A stretch of DNA of 64,000 bases from a virus: positions 32,001 through 96,000 of IMG/VR virus record IMGVR_UViG_3300025684_000014. One strand, 5' to 3'. The position numbers were made by a program, and so were the translations under genes. The number at the start of each line of letters is the position of its first letter. Position 1 is the stretch's first letter. Of this stretch, positions 58,094 to 64,000 are shown piece by piece. A model generated the notes under the pieces. It worked only from the letters and a program-made list of their open reading frames with translations. It made no database searches and was not told where the DNA came from.

Positions 58094-60984
58094 ATGTCTT
58101 CCTTTTTGAGAGAAGATGTTCTAAAAAAGATTGACCCTTATATAGATTTAGAAAGATATTCTCAAATAGATCCTGATTATTTCAAGCAAGAAGTAATTAT
58201 GGCTTCTTATGAAGATTTACACAGAATACAAGCTTCCTTATCTAACAATCTTTTTTATAAATCAAATCCTCACAACTCTATTTTACTTTATTTAACTAAA
58301 CTCACTGATGATTTTGATTTTAACAAAGCAAGATCAAATACTACTGGTGGCGCACCCCCCGATGTAGACCTGGATCATGATGCATTAGATCGTGAAAAGG
58401 CTATTCAATGGTGTATTGATTATTGGGGCAGAGAGCGTGTTGCAAATATTATTACTCACGGTACATTTAAACCAAAGAGTTTAGCTCGTTCTTATTATCG
58501 AATTACCGAAAAAGATCAATCTGATCTTAATGATTTATTAGCAATGATCCCTCCCCCTAAATACGGAAAAGAAGCTACTCTTGAAGAAATATTGGAACAA
58601 AACCCCAACATTTCAGAAGAGCAAAGGTATGCAGCATTTCTTGAATTTGCTGACCGTATAGAAGATATGGTTGCTAACTTTGGTATCCATGCTGCAGGTG
58701 TTATTATTTCTGATACTGAAATAAGTGATAACATTCCTATTTGGTCAAATAGTAAAGCAGATAGAATAACTCAATACGATAAAGATGAATGCGAAGATCT
58801 TGGTCTTCTTAAATTCGACTTTCTTGGTATTGATACTCTTTCTGTTATTAAAGAATGTACAGCACTTATTGAAGAACAAACAGGTGAAAAAATTGAACCT
58901 TACGCTATTCAAGATGGTGATGAACTAGCTTATAAATATCTCAATGAAGGATGTCTTACTGGAATTTTCCAAATGGAAACTTCTGGTACTGCCAAGAAAT
59001 TAATACTTGATATTAAACCTCAAAGTATTGAAGATTTAAGTGCTATTAGCGCCATCAATTGGTGGCCTTAAAAGCGGGTCAATTGCGGGAAACTCCTTAG
59101 AGCTTTAACTACTAAATCTTATTAGAGATAATAAGGTGGCCAAGCTAATCACTTGGGTATAGTAAAAATGTTGAAGATTGGACAATCCGCAGCCACGAAT
59201 CCTAATCCGATTCAGGTTCAGAGACTAGGTGAGCACACCAGCTTACATTGAGTAATTGATGTAATGCGACCCCGCTACTCTTTTATTAAGAGGAATGATA
59301 TAGTCCGTTTACTAGTGAAAGCTAGTAGTTAGGTCGAAAGGCCTAACTGTTTGACTTTATGAAGAACATCTTCTTCAGAATCGTCATATTTTATTATTAA
59401 TAAATTGATATTATTTTGTTCACAAAAATCTTTTTTAATTTGATCACGTTTTTTACAGAGCTCAAAATCTTCTTCTTTTTTATAAAAGAAATTTACATAT
59501 TCGTAATGCTGTCTACCGTTATACTCGACAACAAGATTCAACTCTTTAAAATACGCATCGCACCTAAGTTTGTATTTATATTTTAAGCCAAAAAACTTTT
59601 TTTGTTTTTCTGCTTTTAACCCAAAGAGCTCTTCAAGACGCTCTATCCATATATTTTCAGAACTATAAAAAGTTCTTGGGCTGTATTCTAACCCAAAAAA
59701 CTCACAACAGTTTTCGATATTTCCGTATCTTTTTAAAATTGTTACGCGGCTTATATTTGTAAATTTATCTATGTTTTCTGAACAAATATTATCTTTTATT
59801 TTTAATAATTCTTTTTTAATATCTTCGTCTGAAAAATTTAACTGCTTGTTATCATATTTATTTATCTCAGGATGACCTTCAAAAAACCCACCGAAACTAC
59901 CATAAAGTCTTCTATATACTTTGTGGTTTATTTTTCCATGTTTTTCTAGAAGTCCTTTAGAAAAAAATCCAAATTCTTTTTCTAATCGCTTAGCTTCTAA
60001 AAGACAATCTTCTTTTGAATGAACTTTTCTTTTACTCCCTTTAGTACTTGTTGTTATTTTTGTGGTATCTATCAGGTTGTGCATTTCTTTGAATGCGCCT
60101 AAAGATCCAAAATGAGTTCTAATACTTCTTCTAGTAAAGTCACAATTTTCTTCAACAAGAGGTACTGTTAAGCGCCCATGTACTTTATGAATAGCAAGCA
60201 ATTCTTTTTCACAATCAGATTTAGATATTCTATGATGATTCATACGAAACCTTTCTTTGAGTATACACCTATTATATACTCTTTGCTTAGGCTTGTCAAA
60301 CAATTCCTTCGCAATCGCCCCGGGCCGCTACAAGCTGGTCTTGATAAAACTTATATTACAAATAAATTAAACAACTCTCCGCCAGAAGATCTTCCAGAAA
60401 ATGTAGCTGAAATACTTAAAGCTTCTTATTGGACTCTTATATACCAAGAACAAATTATGAGGCTATTTACTGATCTTGCTGGTTTTACACAACAGGAAGC
60501 TGATGATGTTAGACGAGCAATGGGTAAGAAAAAGCTTTCTGTTCTTGAGAAATATAAAGAGCAATTCCTTAATGGCGCAACTTCTATTGGTGGTCTTATG
60601 GCTGATTACGCTGATAGTTTATGGAATGATATTTTGGGTTTTGCTGATTATTGCCTTGCAGGTGATACCGAAATATTACTTCCAATAGGTACTAAAAGAT
60701 CAACAAAAATTAAAGATATTATTAAAGATCAATATAATGGTTTTGCTTTATCTTATGATACTCAAGTAAATAGTTGGTCTGCAGAGTCCCCTTATTGTGC
60801 TCAACATATATCTCAATGGCATGATAAAGGAATAAAAGATGTATACAGATATGTTTTAGAAGATGGTTCTTATGTTGATTGTACTGAAAATCATAGTTTT
60901 TTGTTAAGTAATAAAAAATCTTATGCTGAAATAGATAAAATTTATACTAAAAAATTAGAAATATATTCTACAAAAGATGATTGA
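58094..60984 (+). CDS. dnaE: DNA polymerase III alpha, middle piece, spliced (exons 58094-59055 and 60312-60984; 544 aa), ending in a split N-intein
   Basis: PDVDLD, GIHAAGV, LLKFDFLG, GIFQME, SAI|NRPGP, YQEQIM, RRAMGKKK, GFADY then CLAGDTEI. Confidence 0.9.
59329..60243 (-). CDS. Intron-encoded endonuclease (homing-endonuclease-associated repeats plus DUF559/Vsr-like domain), antisense to the intron
   Basis: Repeated ...FGS/YGS/YGN units; LRCDAYF...VEYNGRQHY...RDQIK; ATG 60243 after GAAAGG. Confidence 0.8.
   Translation of the reverse strand: MNHHRISKSDCEKELLAIHKVHGRLTVPLVEENCDFTRRSIRTHFGSLGAFKEMHNLIDTTKITTSTKGSKRKVHSKEDCLLEAKRLEKEFGFFSKGLLEKHGKINHKVYRRLYGSFGGFFEGHPEINKYDNKQLNFSDEDIKKELLKIKDNICSENIDKFTNISRVTILKRYGNIENCCEFFGLEYSPRTFYSSENIWIERLEELFGLKAEKQKKFFGLKYKYKLRCDAYFKELNLVVEYNGRQHYEYVNFFYKKEEDFELCKKRDQIKKDFCEQNNINLLIIKYDDSEEDVLHKVKQLGLST
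60271..60299 (-). promoter_or_regulatory. Consensus sigma70 promoter driving the antisense endonuclease
   Basis: TTGACA-17 nt-TATAAT on the minus strand. Confidence 0.85.
60652..60984 (+). other. Split intein, N-terminal half
   Basis: CLAGDTEIL...QWHDKGIKDVYRYVLEDGSYVDCTENHSFL...IDKIYTKKLEI then stop; no C-terminal HN motif. Confidence 0.9.
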
Positions 60985-61037
60985 AAATTTATACATACAG
61001 ATATTAATATAAAATATTAAAAAGAAAGAGGGGGAAT

Positions 61038-61409
61038 ATGGCTACTCATGCAGAGAATTCATTAAAAGGAACCTTGATTAGAGACGCTAATATTAACGTT
61101 AATATGGAGCAAAACTCTTATCTTGGTTCTGTAGGTTCTTCTATTACTAATATAATTCCTTCAGACCATGACCTGTCTAGTCAGATTGATGGTGTGACTT
61201 CAGAATTTATATTAGACCCACCAGTAGCTTATGGAACTGAATATTTATTTGAGCTTTATTTAGATGGTCAAAAACTTTATAGATCTATGGTTCCTCAAGC
61301 TCCAGACTTTTATTTAAATCCAAATAGAGTACGTGTAGTGCTAGCACCTGATTTCGAGCTTTCTCCGGAATCAGTTTTAATAGCTAAATACGTGGATCAA
61401 CTTCAATAA
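61038..61409 (+). CDS. Probable virion structural protein
   Basis: DLSSQIDGVTSEFIL...LYLDGQK beta-rich module; precedes the tail fibre. Confidence 0.55.
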   Translation: MATHAENSLKGTLIRDANINVNMEQNSYLGSVGSSITNIIPSDHDLSSQIDGVTSEFILDPPVAYGTEYLFELYLDGQKLYRSMVPQAPDFYLNPNRVRVVLAPDFELSPESVLIAKYVDQLQ

Positions 61410-61420
61410 GGGTTTTATGA

Positions 61421-64000
61421 ATGTCTAATACTATAAATAGAAGAACTAAATTTAGGCCAGGATCTCTTTCAACTGAACTTTTAGCTGATAATGGTGCTTT
61501 AGTTTGGGAACAAGGCAGAGTGAGTGCTCAACCTTTACTTGATGCTGATTCCCAAACTAATACTCGTATTGATAATATTTATTGGAAAGATCCAGTAAAT
61601 TCTGTCGCTCAGTTAGAAGATCTAGATCCAGATACTTTAAGACCAGGCGACACTTATTATTCTATAGCCGAACAACAAGTTTATGTTTTTTCTGGCCCCA
61701 TTCCTTCTCTTCCTCAAAATGTTGATACTTACCAACCACCTACTTGGACTGCAGCAAATAGAACAGAATATTTTTTTCCTGTTGCTGTTGGTTTAGATAA
61801 AAACTCATTAGCAACAAAAAGCTATGTCGATTCTGAAATATTAAATCTTATTGATAATGCACCTGGAGTACTCGATACTATTAGAGAACTCGCAGAAGCA
61901 ATTAATAATGATGAAAATTTTGCAGACAATGTATTTGCTCAAATTACAGGTTTGCAAAATACAAAAGCAGATAAAACTTCTGTTTATACTACTACAGAAA
62001 TTGATCAAATTGAATCAAACCTTTTAGATATCATAAATGCAATTGATGCTAAAAATCGTAGGGTTGTTGACTATGTTATTGGCTCGCAACCTTATGCTGA
62101 CAATGTAAATCTTCAAGATCAACTAATTCTCAACAAGCTTCCCACTTCTGAAGAACCACTTACTTTTCTTTTGAGGTATGGGGCTCAAGCAACAGATCCT
62201 ACCATAAATATAAATAATCCAGGCTATATATTTATAGCACCTACTGAAGAAACAGTAGTTTTCCCAGCAGATATAAATATTGAACTTACTGGTACTACCC
62301 AAGATGACTTTATAGTTTTTAAAGACATAACTTTAAGTTCAATTACAGTACCTATTACTTCTTCTCCATTTACTTTACTTCTTGATAATGTAACTTTTAA
62401 TAATGAATTACTTATTTATTCTAATATAAATGTCATTATTCAAGATTCTCAATTTATAGATGTTACTACTTTAGATTTTTCTAATAGTTCTGTAATAAAA
62501 ATAACTAATTCTAATTTAAAAAATGATAATAGAATTTTAGAGCTTTCAAACAATGCTTTAGTTACTATAAGTAACTCTCATATCACTGGCGAAATAGTTT
62601 TAAGATCTTCTTCAAAACTATACTCTAATGATGTATCTTATGAAATTTTAACAGATACTCCAGTAATTGTCGCAAACGAAACAAATACATTTGTTTCACT
62701 AAAAGATATAGAGTTCCTTACTCCATTAAACTATTCTTCTAATTATATAGATGGTTTAGGCGAACTTTATTGTAATTTAAATGTATATGATTCTTCTTTA
62801 AATCCTATTTTAAATCAAGATCAATCATATACTAAACAAATAAAAGTTGGCTCTACATTAAATAATAATGAAGGTATGCAAGTAAAGCATTATTACCTTC
62901 CAAACGGTTATGAGCATTTCTTTTATAATGATGAACAAGCAAGAGATACAATTGCTAATTTTATTTCAGCTCATACTTTAAATCATTCAGCTGTATCTTG
63001 GGTACATGACGATCAAAACGATACTTTTGCTTTAGAATTAAATTTATCTTCTTCTGATTTATCTGATGAAGCAGATATTGCTTTTAAAAGTAAAACAAAT
63101 ATTTTTACTCAACGAAATGTATTTAATGATGTACACATAACATCTGCTACTATCAATAATGCTGATATAGATATTGCTTCTATTGATTTATTAACTGTAC
63201 CTACTCAATTACAAACAGATAGCTCTAACAAAGCAGCTTCTACTCAATATGTTAGAGAAGCTTTTTCTAAACTCGAAGCTGATATAGAAGATTTAGAGTT
63301 AACAGAATTAAAAGATGTATCTATAACTTCTCCAGCTGAATCTCACGTGGTAGTTTATAATCCATTAGCTGCTACTATTTCACAAAACTGGACCAATAGA
63401 CAATTAAATTCATCAGACCTTTCTAATGATTCTCAACTCATTAAAGCTGGGGATTCTGTATTTAGACTTTCTGATATAGCTAGACCTACTTTGTTGTGGC
63501 AAAGTGGAGCAGCTGGCCCCAACAGCGGCTATTCTTCTACTAATCAAACTTTACGATGGAATGGTGACCAGTATGATATTCAAGGCACCATTACAAAGGG
63601 TAATGGTCAATGGATAGTTGATTTAGCCAACAACTCTTTATTAAGAGCCTCTTTTGAACCAACTACAGTTTCCGATTACGATGGTTGGGGTAAAATTGCT
63701 TTAGCTGATAATGAAGAGGTTAGAGACGGTTCAAATTCGACAAAAGCAGTTACTCCTTCTTTGTTGCATGCAAATTATGCTAGCAATACTTTTAGTAATT
63801 TAGGCAATTATGAAGTAGCTAGAGCTAATTTAGGTTTTTCTAATTTACCTCATTATTATAAATATGATTTAGACACTGCAACAATTGAAAATGTTGCTTA
63901 TACATATCCTGGCTACGATTCTGTTTTTTATGAACAAGTTTCTGCAGGATTTAATACTTTTGATTTATCAGAAGGAAAATTTTATTTCTTATCTTTAGAT
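61421..64000 (+). CDS. Tail fibre protein (partial, runs off the window)
   Basis: Spot translation from ATG 61421: LATKSYVD, LIDNAPGVLDTIRELAEAINNDENFA, PTQLQTDSSNKAASTQYV, LTELKDVSITSP. Confidence 0.8.
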   Translation, partial: MSNTINRRTKFRPGSLSTELLADNGALVWEQGRVSAQPLLDADSQTNTRIDNIYWKDPVNSVAQLEDLDPDTLRPGDTYYSIAEQQVYVFSGPIPSLPQNVDTYQPPTWTAANRTEYFFPVAVGLDKNSLATKSYVDSEILNLIDNAPGVLDTIRELAEAINNDENFADNVFAQITGLQNTKADKTSVYTTTEIDQIESNLLDIINAIDAKNRRVVDYVIGSQPYADNVNLQDQLILNKLPTSEEPLTFLLRYGAQATDPTININNPGYIFIAPTEETVVFPADINIELTGTTQDDFIVFKDITLSSITVPITSSPFTLLLDNVTFNNELLIYSNINVIIQDSQFIDVTTLDFSNSSVIKITNSNLKNDNRILELSNNALVTISNSHITGEIVLRSSSKLYSNDVSYEILTDTPVIVANETNTFVSLKDIEFLTPLNYSSNYIDGLGELYCNLNVYDSSLNPILNQDQSYTKQIKVGSTLNNNEGMQVKHYYLPNGYEHFFYNDEQARDTIANFISAHTLNHSAVSWVHDDQNDTFALELNLSSSDLSDEADIAFKSKTNIFTQRNVFNDVHITSATINNADIDIASIDLLTVPTQLQTDSSNKAASTQYVREAFSKLEADIEDLELTELKDVSITSPAESHVVVYNPLAATISQNWTNRQLNSSDLSNDSQLIKAGDSVFRLSDIARPTLLWQSGAAGPNSGYSSTNQTLRWNGDQYDIQGTITKGNGQWIVDLANNSLLRASFEPTTVSDYDGWGKIALADNEEVRDGSNSTKAVTPSLLHANYASNTFSNLGNYEVARANLGFSNLPHYYKYDLDTATIENVAYTYPGYDSVFYEQVSAGFNTFDLSEGKFYFLSLD

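Larger units (their letters stand above)
59056..60311 (+). mobile_element. Group I intron in dnaE (1256 nt) carrying an endonuclease gene
   Basis: P1 GCCATCA/TGGTGGC with U-G after GCCAT; P AATTGCGGGA, Q AATCCGCAGC, R GTTCAGAGACTA, S GATATAGTCC; terminal G; splicing gives GCC ATC AAT CGC CCC GGG. Confidence 0.93.

Overview
A 64-kb piece of a large dsDNA bacteriophage genome, almost all on the + strand, with two very different parts. (1) About 1.25-15 kb is a visibly GC-rich, probably early or terminal module. It encodes three secreted proteins that share a signal peptide and a ~2030-aa single-subunit two-barrel RNA polymerase of the YonO/cellular-RdRP type (DDDGD), whose N-terminus has membrane segments and two permuted flagellin fragments. 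It also has a Csx20-like candidate ring nuclease and ~2.7 kb of densely structured non-coding RNA, including two tRNA-like molecules with large insertions. Five clear hammerhead ribozymes and one variant sit between the genes. (2) About 15-64 kb is an AT-rich phage core. It has 7 tRNAs (including Ile-UAU), purA/purB, two deaminases, thyX, nrdAB, AlkB, SSB, PhoH, SpoVG and a Whirly homolog. It also carries an apparently complete ubiquitin-like conjugation cluster (protease-less Lon AAA+, NTase, E2-like, JAB, E1, mono-Ubl, tri-Ubl), recA with a group I intron, a DnaE fragmented by gene fission, a group I intron with an antisense endonuclease and a split N-intein, and the start of a tail-fibre gene. 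All calls come from motif recognition by eye; no searches or folding programs were run.
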